A stretch of DNA of 54,535 nucleotides from a virus (taxonomy: Duplodnaviria > Caudoviricetes), in the IMG/VR virus record IMGVR_UViG_3300043430_000111, positions 1-54,535 of that record. One strand, 5' to 3'. Shown here in pieces: positions 8,058 through 16,044 of this stretch; position 1 is the stretch's first letter, and each line of letters begins with the position of its first letter. The translations under genes were made by a program, and so were the position numbers. The notes beneath the pieces were generated by a model that saw nothing but the letters and a program-made list of their open reading frames with translations, was not told the DNA's origin and did not search any database.

Positions 8058-8330
8058 CTCAGGGTCCGTGGCGGGGTTGCTGAAGAAACCGTCATCGCGC
8101 GGGGTCTGGCCCTCCGGCATGATCTTTGTGGGAAAGCCTGCTGCCTGGCACTCAGCGGCCTCATCAAGCGCGTCTTGCGGCGGTTTGGCTGGACATAGAT
8201 GCGCCGAGTTCATTTCCCAGTCGGTGCCCAGTTCCTCGATACCGCAATTGCTGTCAATCCACACCACGAACAGCAAAGGCCTTTCCGGCCGTTTGGTAGT
8301 CGTCGGTTGCTTCTCAATGACGTGGTTCAT
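8052..8330 (-). CDS. Cassette 4 hypothetical protein
   Basis: 92 aa; AGGAG RBS; stop in the R' box of attC3. Confidence 0.8.
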   Translation of the reverse strand: MNHVIEKQPTTTKRPERPLLFVVWIDSNCGIEELGTDWEMNSAHLCPAKPPQDALDEAAECQAAGFPTKIMPEGQTPRDDGFFSNPATDPEA

Positions 8331-8430
8331 CTGGCTCCTATCCGGCCCACTCCGTGAGCCTCCGAATCAAACGCTCGGCCTGGCGGCCCAGCTTGGTGTG
8401 GTGCCCACGGTGGGCGGTGTCGGTGGCATG

Positions 8431-8484
8431 GCCTAACCGGGCGCTCAAGCGGACGCAGAGCGCCGCTTAGCTGTCTGGTTAGGC
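8431..8484 (+). mobile_element. attC site 4
   Basis: Identical to attC1 except the 5-bp spacer (CGGGC). Confidence 0.92.
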
Positions 8485-8485
8485 G

Positions 8486-9454
8486 TTACTTGGCTGCGAG
8501 CATGGCGGCGCGGCAGGCGTTCCACCCCTCTGCATAACCTGCGGCCTGACCGGAACAGTAGTCGTACTCTGTGCCATCTTCAACGGGTGAGGCAATAGCG
8601 TCCGGCACGCTCGGCGCTGGGCGGGTGTATAGCTTTGTTCCTGGGGTCAGCAAGAGCCCTGTTTCAATGATGAACCCATCCCTGTCAACATAAGCCACCG
8701 ACGCACCCGTGGCGGGCTGCTGGGCCTCTGCCTGCGTGGCCTGGGCTGGCTGCGGGGTGGTGTAAATCTTGGTGCCAACAGGGGCTTCGTCTGCTCTGAA
8801 GCAGGCCATCGTGAAGCCCGATGTTCCCGGCATCGTGCCTACTTCACCAATAGGCTCACCCTGCACCTGAGAGCAGGCTTGCAGGGCGAAGGCGCACATT
8901 TGGTCGGCAGTGAAGCCTCGCAATGCTTGCGTACCCACAACGATTACGCCTTCAGGCTCTGGCAGCGGCGGCAGTTGGTTGGTGTCTTTCATCTCTCGCA
9001 TCTGGCGTGCAGAGAATGCAGGCTGATTGCTCTTGTCGGTCTTGATGTCGTGGTGGGCTTCTGCTGCCCATACGCCGCGCATGAATGTGCCTCGGTATCC
9101 ATACGACTTGCTCTGCTTCAGGTAGGCTTCACGGCGCTCATCATCTGTCATCGGCACCCGCTCAGGGCGCAGGGCAAGGATGGCGCGGGCGTAAGCACGG
9201 TGCGCCTGAAGCATTACGCCAATTTGTTCACCCCACTGCTCTACAGTTACGGCATCAATATCAGCATCCGTCACCCCTGCCCATTGTGGAGCGGCTGTGA
9301 GTGACAAAGATGCTTGTGAATCAGATTCGGCGTTCTGTGCTCCACAAACCAGCATGGCCTCCCGCATCTGGCGTGCAGAGAATGCAGGCTGATTGCTTAT
9401 ATCCGTCTTGATGTAGCCAAGATCAGGCTCAGGCAATTGGTTGGTGTCGGTCAT
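8486..9454 (-). CDS. Mosaic hypothetical phage protein with internal repeats
   Basis: NQPAFSARQMRE x2, DTNQLP x2, GTK(I/L)YT x2, C-terminal GWNACRAAML motif. Confidence 0.8.
   Translation of the reverse strand: MTDTNQLPEPDLGYIKTDISNQPAFSARQMREAMLVCGAQNAESDSQASLSLTAAPQWAGVTDADIDAVTVEQWGEQIGVMLQAHRAYARAILALRPERVPMTDDERREAYLKQSKSYGYRGTFMRGVWAAEAHHDIKTDKSNQPAFSARQMREMKDTNQLPPLPEPEGVIVVGTQALRGFTADQMCAFALQACSQVQGEPIGEVGTMPGTSGFTMACFRADEAPVGTKIYTTPQPAQATQAEAQQPATGASVAYVDRDGFIIETGLLLTPGTKLYTRPAPSVPDAIASPVEDGTEYDYCSGQAAGYAEGWNACRAAMLAAK
8997..9397. repeat. 35-bp exact direct repeat
   Basis: CGCATCTGGCGTGCAGAGAATGCAGGCTGATTGCT at 8997-9031 and 9363-9397. Confidence 0.9.
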
Positions 9455-9455
9455 G

Positions 9456-9653
9456 TCAAGCTCCGTTTGTTAAGTGAATGCCCTGCGGCAATGCCCTGCC
9501 GCGTTTGAGCTTTCCGTCGTCCAGGCGGGAAACCTCACCGTTGAAGGTGCTGAACCTGTGCAGGTTGGCGCACTCGTAGCGGCGGTACGTGCCCGCCTTG
9601 CGCTTGCGTGTCTCCAGCACCTCGACCCAGGCGTTGCACTTCGGGCAGTTCAT
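9456..9653 (-). CDS. Zinc-ribbon protein (NrdR N-terminal-like)
   Basis: MNCPKC...VLETR...RRYECANLHRFST. Confidence 0.8.
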   Translation of the reverse strand: MNCPKCNAWVEVLETRKRKAGTYRRYECANLHRFSTFNGEVSRLDDGKLKRGRALPQGIHLTNGA

Positions 9654-9895
9654 TGAATACTCCCGACCCACGCCCACAGCCACCCTCGGCCACCTCGCCC
9701 CGTGGGCTCGCGGGTGCCAACGATGCGAACGAGCTTGTGGTTCGACAGCGAGCGCAAGATGCGACCAACGCTGTAGCGGTGCGCGTCGGTGACCGGCAGA
9801 CCGAGATCGGTGCACAACTCAACGATGGTGTGGGGGCCTGTCAGAAGCAGGGTGATGATCCGCGATACGCGGTCGGCGTAACGGTGTTGGCTCAT
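9650..9895 (-). CDS. Putative winged-helix protein
   Basis: GPHTIVELCTDLGL...VGRILRSL; coupled ORF. Confidence 0.65.
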   Translation of the reverse strand: MSQHRYADRVSRIITLLLTGPHTIVELCTDLGLPVTDAHRYSVGRILRSLSNHKLVRIVGTREPTGRGGRGWLWAWVGSIQ

Positions 9896-11223
9896 ACCGC
9901 AACCTCCATCTTCACGAACGGATGGTGGCGGTATCCCTTGATGTGGAAGTCGTCCAACTTGTAGCCGTCGATGTCGGTGTTATCGGTGAGGATCACCAAC
10001 TGGGCCTCGTCACGGATGATGTCGCGCCCCAGAACCTGCCGCATCTTCTCGACGTGGTTTGAGTAGAGGTGCGCGTCACCGATGTCCACCAGCAGGCGGC
10101 GCGGCTTGAGGTTTGCGGCACGGGCGTACAGGTGCGTGAGCAGTGCGTAGGCAGCTACGTTGAACGGCAGGCCAAGAGCCACGTCCGATGAGCGCATGAA
10201 TAGCTTGAGGTCAAGGTGCCCGTCGTTGGACACGTAGCACTGGTGTGTGTGATGACATGGGGGCAGCGCCATGCGATCAAGTTCGCCAACATTCCATGAC
10301 GTGACAATGTGTCGGCGGCCATGGGGGTTGGTGCGAAGACCCTCGATGAGCGTCTTCACTTGGTCGAACTCCTTGCGTAGCGGTGTGCGAGAAACAAACT
10401 CAAAGCCGTCTCGCCTCTTAGCATTCTTGTTGCCGGTCCACAGATCGGAGAAGTTCTTTGGCTCAATTCCATGTTCATCACAGAACTCGCTCACGTTCGT
10501 AAAGGCGAACCCTTCACCATTGCGGCGCACCACGTAGAGCCACTCAGCCTTGGCCGACGCATTCTCTTTGTCACTCACGAAGCAACAGGTCTCAGGTGCA
10601 TACCTGAACCCGTCCCCGAGAATGTCCTTGTCCAAGACCTTGCGATAACGTCCGAGTTCGAGGCAGTAACCGGGCAAGTTGCTAAGGTCTCCTGCAAAGG
10701 CTCGGAACTCAAGCCAGCGGTCACAAACATGAACGCCTCTGGCTCCGTAGCTCTTATAACTGATGTTCTTCGGGTCGTAGCAACGACCCATCATGCCTTC
10801 CCAGGTCTTGCCAAAGCGGCTCTCACCCTTTCCAGCACCGTTGCCAATTCCAAGATAGGTCGCCTCAACGCCATCGCGCAGACGGGGCTTGGGTTGCGGG
10901 ATGTTGTCCGGCCTTGCGCCCCATCGACGCCAGTTGAATCCATACACAGGGCCGAGGTTTCCATTCTCATCAGCCCAGGCATCCCACAGCTTGCTACCGC
11001 GCTCGTTCAGCCACTTGACGTTTGTCTGTCCACTCAGGAAGAACAGCATCTCCAGGAATGCCGTCAGCCACCGCGTCTCCTTGGCCGTCACCAGGGGGAA
11101 GCGTTCGCGCAGGTCGAACTCCAGGTTGGCACCGAAGACGGCGAGGGTGCCGACTCCGGTACGGTCGTCGCGCAGCTCACCTTCCGCCAAGATGCGGGCG
11201 ACGAGGTTAAGGTACTGTTTCAT
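9892..11223 (-). CDS. thyA: Thymidylate synthase with in-frame HNH-like insertion
   Basis: DRTGVGT, FPLVT, LGPVYG, RRHIV, MALPPCH, RSSDVALGLPFN, GDAHLY motifs. Confidence 0.95.
   Translation of the reverse strand: MKQYLNLVARILAEGELRDDRTGVGTLAVFGANLEFDLRERFPLVTAKETRWLTAFLEMLFFLSGQTNVKWLNERGSKLWDAWADENGNLGPVYGFNWRRWGARPDNIPQPKPRLRDGVEATYLGIGNGAGKGESRFGKTWEGMMGRCYDPKNISYKSYGARGVHVCDRWLEFRAFAGDLSNLPGYCLELGRYRKVLDKDILGDGFRYAPETCCFVSDKENASAKAEWLYVVRRNGEGFAFTNVSEFCDEHGIEPKNFSDLWTGNKNAKRRDGFEFVSRTPLRKEFDQVKTLIEGLRTNPHGRRHIVTSWNVGELDRMALPPCHHTHQCYVSNDGHLDLKLFMRSSDVALGLPFNVAAYALLTHLYARAANLKPRRLLVDIGDAHLYSNHVEKMRQVLGRDIIRDEAQLVILTDNTDIDGYKLDDFHIKGYRHHPFVKMEVAV
10375..10914 (-). mobile_element. About 180-aa homing-endonuclease-like insertion in thyA
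   Basis: WEGMMGRCY...YGARGVHVCDRWLEF...LDKD...YAPETCCFV lies between YGFNWRRW and DQ, which are normally about 10 aa apart; boundaries approximate. Confidence 0.75.
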
Positions 11224-11226
11224 GCT

Positions 11227-11481
11227 TCACTTCGCTTTCTTGAGGGTTATTCGGAATAGGTAGCCTTTGCCACGGGGGCGGGGTAGACGTTCGAGCAGGC
11301 CCGCCGCGTCCAGGGTTTCGGTGTCCTGCCATATCGTGCAGTGCTTCGGGAGCACGCCTGTGATGTACTCGATCTCGGTCATCATGTCGTGGATCGACAG
11401 CGGGCGATCCGCTTGAAGCAGGATGTTGATGAGCAGGCACACGCGCTTGGCCGCTCCGACTGTGCGGTCTTGCTTGCTCAT
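11227..11481 (-). CDS. Putative HTH protein
   Basis: 84 aa; wHTH-like TIWQDTETL. Confidence 0.6.
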   Translation of the reverse strand: MSKQDRTVGAAKRVCLLINILLQADRPLSIHDMMTEIEYITGVLPKHCTIWQDTETLDAAGLLERLPRPRGKGYLFRITLKKAK

Positions 11482-11948
11482 GCTGCTTTCCCCAAGTTAC
11501 AAACGCCATCTCCGCGGGCAAGCCGCTTCTCTGTGCGGTGCTCGGCGTCTTCAATGAATCGCAGTGCGACGTTCTCGATGACCTGTGCGTACAGTGCGAG
11601 AAGCGCCTGCACAACCTCTTGTTCATCGGCTTCGAGCGCCGTGCGGCCGGTCAGTCTGCGACGACCGATCTCTTTGAGCGTGTCGCTGCTGACGGTGCAG
11701 AAGTCACGCGGCTGACCACCCAGCACACCGGGCATCGCGGACAGCGCCAGGATGAGGTTGTGCACACCGAGCACGGCGCGGAACTGCCCCTGGTCGGCGC
11801 GACCTTCGCACAGCGCATCAAACGCCGGCCGGAGAACAGTGAGCCGAGCAAGCTGGTCGTTGGTGGGCATCAGTGCGCTACCAAGCACAGCCACAGCAAC
11901 CGTGTCTGATCTGATTTGGCGCACCTTGCGGTGGCAGAACTTGCGCAT
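11478..11948 (-). CDS. Hypothetical protein
   Basis: Coupled ORF starting MRKFCHRK. Confidence 0.7.
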   Translation of the reverse strand: MRKFCHRKVRQIRSDTVAVAVLGSALMPTNDQLARLTVLRPAFDALCEGRADQGQFRAVLGVHNLILALSAMPGVLGGQPRDFCTVSSDTLKEIGRRRLTGRTALEADEQEVVQALLALYAQVIENVALRFIEDAEHRTEKRLARGDGVCNLGKAA

Positions 11949-12157
11949 CACAACCACTCCTGCAACAGGACCAAGCCGCGACCAAACAGATACCCTCCTG
12001 CGAATGCAGCGACCACCTTGAGCCACGTGCGACCACGCGGCGCGTCTTCTTCGAGCGGCCAGCCGAACGTCGAGAAGACGACGTGGTTTTCAACCTTAGT
12101 CGGATGCGGCAGCGGGTGGTTGCGCGCGTCGAGTTGTTCAATGAGTTCGTCGTTCAT
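11948..12157 (-). CDS. Hypothetical membrane protein
   Basis: C-terminal hydrophobic segment; coupled ORF. Confidence 0.65.
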   Translation of the reverse strand: MNDELIEQLDARNHPLPHPTKVENHVVFSTFGWPLEEDAPRGRTWLKVVAAFAGGYLFGRGLVLLQEWL

Positions 12158-12348
12158 TTGAAACTCACCTTCCGTTTACGTTTGGACATGGCCCCCAAGT
12201 CTCCGAGTGCCTGCTTGCGCACGGCCTCATCGCGTGATGCCAACTGCTGTTGGCGTTGAGCTGATCGCTTGGCCGAAATCTGCGCATCGCGCACCACGTC
12301 GGTCATGTCGATCTGCGCTTTGTAGTTCTTGTCAAAGGGGTTGCTCAT
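12154..12348 (-). CDS. Hypothetical protein
   Basis: MSNPFDKN...; GGAGG RBS, ATGA overlap. Confidence 0.65.
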   Translation of the reverse strand: MSNPFDKNYKAQIDMTDVVRDAQISAKRSAQRQQQLASRDEAVRKQALGDLGAMSKRKRKVSFK

Positions 12349-12653
12349 GCAGCCTCCTGCTTGCGACGTGCACGCAACAGGCGCATACGCTCGGTGTCTG
12401 TCATTGAGGGTCCGGGGCGCTCTGCGTCTGGGGCAGACCCCCAAGCCCACATCGGCACGATCAAGCGACCGGCGCAGTCGGCACCCCACGAGTGGATGTG
12501 CACCTGCTCGCGCATCTGGTTCATCCAGCGGCGGATTGATCGGTCTGGAATGCCGAACATCGCAGAGAGTTCGGTGTAGCTTGTCGGTACTGCCTGGAGG
12601 CGACTCACGATTCCTGCTGAGACCACCAGGGTCATGCGGGTGCGCTGTGTCAT
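12345..12653 (-). CDS. HTH-like hypothetical protein
   Basis: SYTELSAMFGIPDRSIRRWM. Confidence 0.7.
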   Translation of the reverse strand: MTQRTRMTLVVSAGIVSRLQAVPTSYTELSAMFGIPDRSIRRWMNQMREQVHIHSWGADCAGRLIVPMWAWGSAPDAERPGPSMTDTERMRLLRARRKQEAA

Positions 12654-12838
12654 GTCCGAGTACCTTTCAACAGAGCATCCAAACGGCGCACACGCGCCAA
12701 GTTGTAGCCCTCCATCTGTGTGTAGAACTCCTTGTTGCTCTGTGCAGTCAGCAGTTCGCGGCGTGCAAGTTCCAATTCGCGCTCGGCCAGTTGCTTTGCA
12801 TCCGGTTGTTTGAACAGTTGTGTCAGTTTGGAAATCAC
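12650..12838 (-). CDS. Hypothetical protein, first gene of the leftward operon
   Basis: 62 aa; AAGGA RBS. Confidence 0.7.
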   Translation of the reverse strand: MISKLTQLFKQPDAKQLAERELELARRELLTAQSNKEFYTQMEGYNLARVRRLDALLKGTRT

Positions 12839-12991
12839 GTTTTGTCCTTTGTTTGATTCGACGCTTACAAGTTTATGGCAACAATGCCAAACATTTCAAG
12901 CGTTTTGCTAAAACACAACACTTTGCTGTTGCGAAACGCCAAACGATGTTTACACTTCGTTTTGTCAACTTTTAGCAAAGGACGAAACGAA

Positions 12992-13660
12992 ATGTCTCTC
13001 GAACAGACCCTTGAACAAACCAACGCACTCTTGCAGCAAGTCATCACGATTTTGCAAACCGGCGTTTCGGCAGCTACTGAACTCGGCGCACCTGAAGTCA
13101 AGCAAACCCGTGCTCGCAAGACCAAGACCGACGAAGCGGTTGCTACTGAATCGACCTACTGGCTGATTGAAAAGCACAACACGGTCTACGAGCAAAAGGC
13201 CGGTGACTTCACACCGAGCATCGAAGGTGCCGTTGCCGTGACCAAGGAGGTGTACGACGCAAAAAAGGCTCAGTTCGCGGCCCTGGTGAAGACGGCTCCT
13301 GCTGCTCAGACCCAAGCCGCCACTGCCCCTACCTCGCCTACTGCCGAGGTGGTGGTGGACGCTGCGCCCGAGAAGACGGAAAGCGCACCGAGCCAAGCTG
13401 TCGCATCTGCGGAAGCCGCACCCCAAGCCTCGACTGCTGTTGACTTCCAGGCTGTCGTCTCTGCGATGACCGCGCTGTCCAAGAGCGACAAGCCCGGTCA
13501 CGGTCGTGACGGCGTACTTGCCATCTTGAAGAAGTACCTGCCCGGTGAAGAACGCCCGGTGGTGACCAAGCTGGCCCCGCTGAACAAGAACGCCGAGATC
13601 GTGGCCGAAGTCAACGCACTGTTGAACGCCGCCGAAGTCGAGTTCGATCCGCTGGGCTAA
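12992..13660 (+). CDS. Ala-rich conserved phage protein
   Basis: MSLEQTL...; AAGGA RBS; typical position before DUF2800. Confidence 0.85.
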   Translation: MSLEQTLEQTNALLQQVITILQTGVSAATELGAPEVKQTRARKTKTDEAVATESTYWLIEKHNTVYEQKAGDFTPSIEGAVAVTKEVYDAKKAQFAALVKTAPAAQTQAATAPTSPTAEVVVDAAPEKTESAPSQAVASAEAAPQASTAVDFQAVVSAMTALSKSDKPGHGRDGVLAILKKYLPGEERPVVTKLAPLNKNAEIVAEVNALLNAAEVEFDPLG

Positions 13661-13664
13661 GACG

Positions 13665-15038
13665 ATGGGGCATTACCACGCCGTCCTCAGTCCTTCCAGC
13701 GCAGCGCGTTGGACCGACTGCACCGCAAGTCCCGAGGCCCAACGCGGCCTACCCAACGATTCGTCCCCTGCGGCCCGCCACGGCACCTGCGGCCACCAAC
13801 TCTCGGCTGAGTGTCTGGAGTCCGGTGCCGAGCCTCACAGCTACGTCGGCCGCGTCATGGGGTTCCCCAAGGAAGGCCGCGAGGATTGGGTCGAGGCTTT
13901 CCCAGAAGGCACGCAGTTCGAGCACACAGAGACCGTCACCGAAGAACTGGCAGATGCCTGCGTCAAGTACGTCAACTTCGTTCGCCAGCAAGTTTCGCTG
14001 GCCGCTGACCACGAGTTGATTGTTGAGCAGCAGGTGCCCATCGGTCACATCACCGGCGAGCAAGATGCGCGCGGCACGTCCGACTGCATCCTGATCGCAG
14101 GTGACACCCTGACCGTGATCGACCTCAAGCTCGGTCGCTCCAAGGTCACGGGTTACGAGGTGGTCCAGCCCGCGTACATCGACCCGCTCACCGGCGAGGA
14201 CATCGCGCCGGTCTTGCAGATGAACCTGCAAGCCGCGCTGTATGCCCTGGGCGCATACGAGAAGTTCGGCCTGCTGCACGACATCCAACGTGTATGCGCC
14301 GTCATTGTCCAGCCCTACCTGAACTCGGTGTCCGAGTACGAGTGCAGCCTGGACGAGTTGTTGGCTCTGGGCGACTGGCTCAAAGCACGTGGCGAAGCGA
14401 CGCGCAAGAACCCCGAGTTCAAGCCGAGCAACGACAACTGCTGGTTCTGCAAGGCCCGCTTCTCGTGCCACGCCCGCAACGCTGCCGCTTTGTCGGCTGC
14501 GGTGGACGGCTTCGATGACGTGACCACTGCAAAGCCAAAGCCGCTGCCAGTTCACACGCTTGGCGACTGCTACCGCATGGTCCAGTTCGTTCGCAAGTGG
14601 GCTGACGACGTGGAGCTTGAGGCGCATCGCTGCCTCATGGCCGGTGAGAAGGTCACCGACTCTGAAGGCGTGCAGTACGTGCTCAAGCAAGGTCGCAACA
14701 GCCCCGCCGCCTGGGACAACAACGAGGTTGTCGAGGCTTTGGTCAAGGACTTGAAGATCAAGGAGGACATCGCGTTCACCAAAAAGCTCAAGACCCCCAA
14801 GCAGCTCGAAGACCTCGCTGAGAAGCCTGTAGCCCTGGCCGGCCGCAAGCGCAAGAGCGACGAGCCCAAGAAGCCCATCGGAAAGATCAAGTGGCAGAAG
14901 TTGGCCGAGCACATCAAGCGCGGCTCGCCATCCCCTGTGATCGCACCGAAGTCCGACCCGCGACCCAACTACGTCGTGCCTGACACGACCGGATTCGAGT
15001 CTGTACCGCCCGCTGACAACAGCGACCTTTTCTCCTGA
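13665..15038 (+). CDS. DUF2800 PD-(D/E)xK (Cas4-like) exonuclease
   Basis: HAVLSPSSAARW..C, GTSD...IDLKLG, NLQ..LYALG, CWFCKA..C. Confidence 0.9.
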   Translation: MGHYHAVLSPSSAARWTDCTASPEAQRGLPNDSSPAARHGTCGHQLSAECLESGAEPHSYVGRVMGFPKEGREDWVEAFPEGTQFEHTETVTEELADACVKYVNFVRQQVSLAADHELIVEQQVPIGHITGEQDARGTSDCILIAGDTLTVIDLKLGRSKVTGYEVVQPAYIDPLTGEDIAPVLQMNLQAALYALGAYEKFGLLHDIQRVCAVIVQPYLNSVSEYECSLDELLALGDWLKARGEATRKNPEFKPSNDNCWFCKARFSCHARNAAALSAAVDGFDDVTTAKPKPLPVHTLGDCYRMVQFVRKWADDVELEAHRCLMAGEKVTDSEGVQYVLKQGRNSPAAWDNNEVVEALVKDLKIKEDIAFTKKLKTPKQLEDLAEKPVALAGRKRKSDEPKKPIGKIKWQKLAEHIKRGSPSPVIAPKSDPRPNYVVPDTTGFESVPPADNSDLFS

Positions 15039-15066
15039 AAAACCGCAATTAAAAAGGAAATTCCAA

Positions 15067-15669
15067 ATGGCTATCGTGATCCTCAAGAACGTCCGTCTCT
15101 CGTACCCAGACCTGCACAAGCCGGGTAAGCCTCTGAACCCCACTGACACCCCCAAGTACGGTGGTCAGTTCATCTTCGCACCCGACTCTGAAGCAGCAGC
15201 CGCTGCCAAGAACGCACTGACCCAAGCGGCACAGGAGGTGTTCGGCGCCAACTGGCAAGCCATCGTCGGTGCGATGGAAAAGAGCAAGAAGTGCCTGCGC
15301 AAAGGTGACGAGAACCTGACCCGCGACGGCGCCGTGCGCGACGGCTACGCCGGCAACCTGTACCTCGTGGCCCGCAACAAGGTCAAGCCTCTCATCATCG
15401 GCCCGCTCAAAGACGCCAGCGGCAACTTCCCTGTGCTGACCGAGGAATCGGGCAAGCCCTACGGTGGCTGCTTCGTCAACGTGAAGGTTGACGTGAAGGC
15501 GATGAAGGCCAAAGAGCAAATCCCCAACCAAGTCTACGCGACGCTGCTGACCGTGCAGTTCGCGGGCGACGGCGAGTCGTTCGGTGCGGCCCCTGGCACT
15601 GCCGAGGGCTTCGATGAGGTCGCGGGCGCCGAAGCCGTTGGCGCATCCGCCGCCGACGATCTGTTCTGA
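15067..15669 (+). CDS. DUF2815 single-stranded DNA-binding protein
   Basis: NVRLSYP, PYGGCFVN, VQF..DGE.FG, acidic tail DDLF. Confidence 0.9.
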   Translation: MAIVILKNVRLSYPDLHKPGKPLNPTDTPKYGGQFIFAPDSEAAAAAKNALTQAAQEVFGANWQAIVGAMEKSKKCLRKGDENLTRDGAVRDGYAGNLYLVARNKVKPLIIGPLKDASGNFPVLTEESGKPYGGCFVNVKVDVKAMKAKEQIPNQVYATLLTVQFAGDGESFGAAPGTAEGFDEVAGAEAVGASAADDLF

Positions 15670-15674
15670 CCACC

Positions 15675-15690
15675 GGGGCTTCGGCCCCTT
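15675..15690 (+). terminator. Hairpin after the SSB gene (possible weak terminator)
   Basis: GGGGC-TTCG-GCCCC followed by TT. Confidence 0.45.
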
Positions 15691-15710
15691 ACCAAAAAGG
15701 AAAACCTCCT

Positions 15711-15977
15711 GTGAGCTTCACCATTTACTCCAACGTCGAAATCCCCAAGACCCGCCAAGCCGGCCGCACCAGCAAGTACCCGTTGGGTCAGATGGAAGTC
15801 GGTCAGAGCTTCTTCGTTACGCCAGATGACGACGAAACCGTCGAAAAAGCTGTCTCTCGTGTTGGCGGCAGCACGCAGCGGTTCCGTCTGAAGAACAAGG
15901 ACCACAAGTTCTCCGTGCGCGCCACTGTGCACCCCGAGAACGGCCAAGCCGCTGTCGGCGTTTGGCGCGTCGCGTAA
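15711..15977 (+). CDS. Small putative DNA-binding protein
   Basis: KYPL..MEVGQSFFV...GVWRVA, a common phage family. Confidence 0.8.
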   Translation: MSFTIYSNVEIPKTRQAGRTSKYPLGQMEVGQSFFVTPDDDETVEKAVSRVGGSTQRFRLKNKDHKFSVRATVHPENGQAAVGVWRVA

Positions 15978-16044
15978 GCACCCTGGTGTTTTCGCAGACG
16001 GCCTTTTTACAGGGGCCGTCTCCAAAAACAAACAGACCTTCCGA

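Larger units (their letters stand above)
6874..8478 (+). mobile_element. Integron-type gene-cassette array (4 cassettes, CALIN-like)
   Basis: Cassettes 6874-7256, 7257-7711, 7712-8051 and 8052-8478, each with one ORF and one attC. Confidence 0.88.

Noticed and set aside
6996-8436. Plus-strand ORFs ending in R'' (6996-7214, 8068-8436) as the true cassette genes
   Set aside because: They lack convincing RBSs and have shadow-like composition; the minus-strand ORFs have RBSs and fill the cassettes
7209-8484. CRISPR array interpretation of the spaced repeats
   Set aside because: The intervening segments are about 285-400 bp and each contains a gene; the repeats have attC anatomy; no cas genes are present
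7209-8484. Repeats as simple rho-independent terminators or REP elements
   Set aside because: There are no U-tracts; conserved R/L boxes, asymmetric bulges and spacer lengths fit attC better
13665-15038. Cas4-like gene as part of a CRISPR system
   Set aside because: It is a standard DUF2800 phage replication-module nuclease with no array or other cas genes
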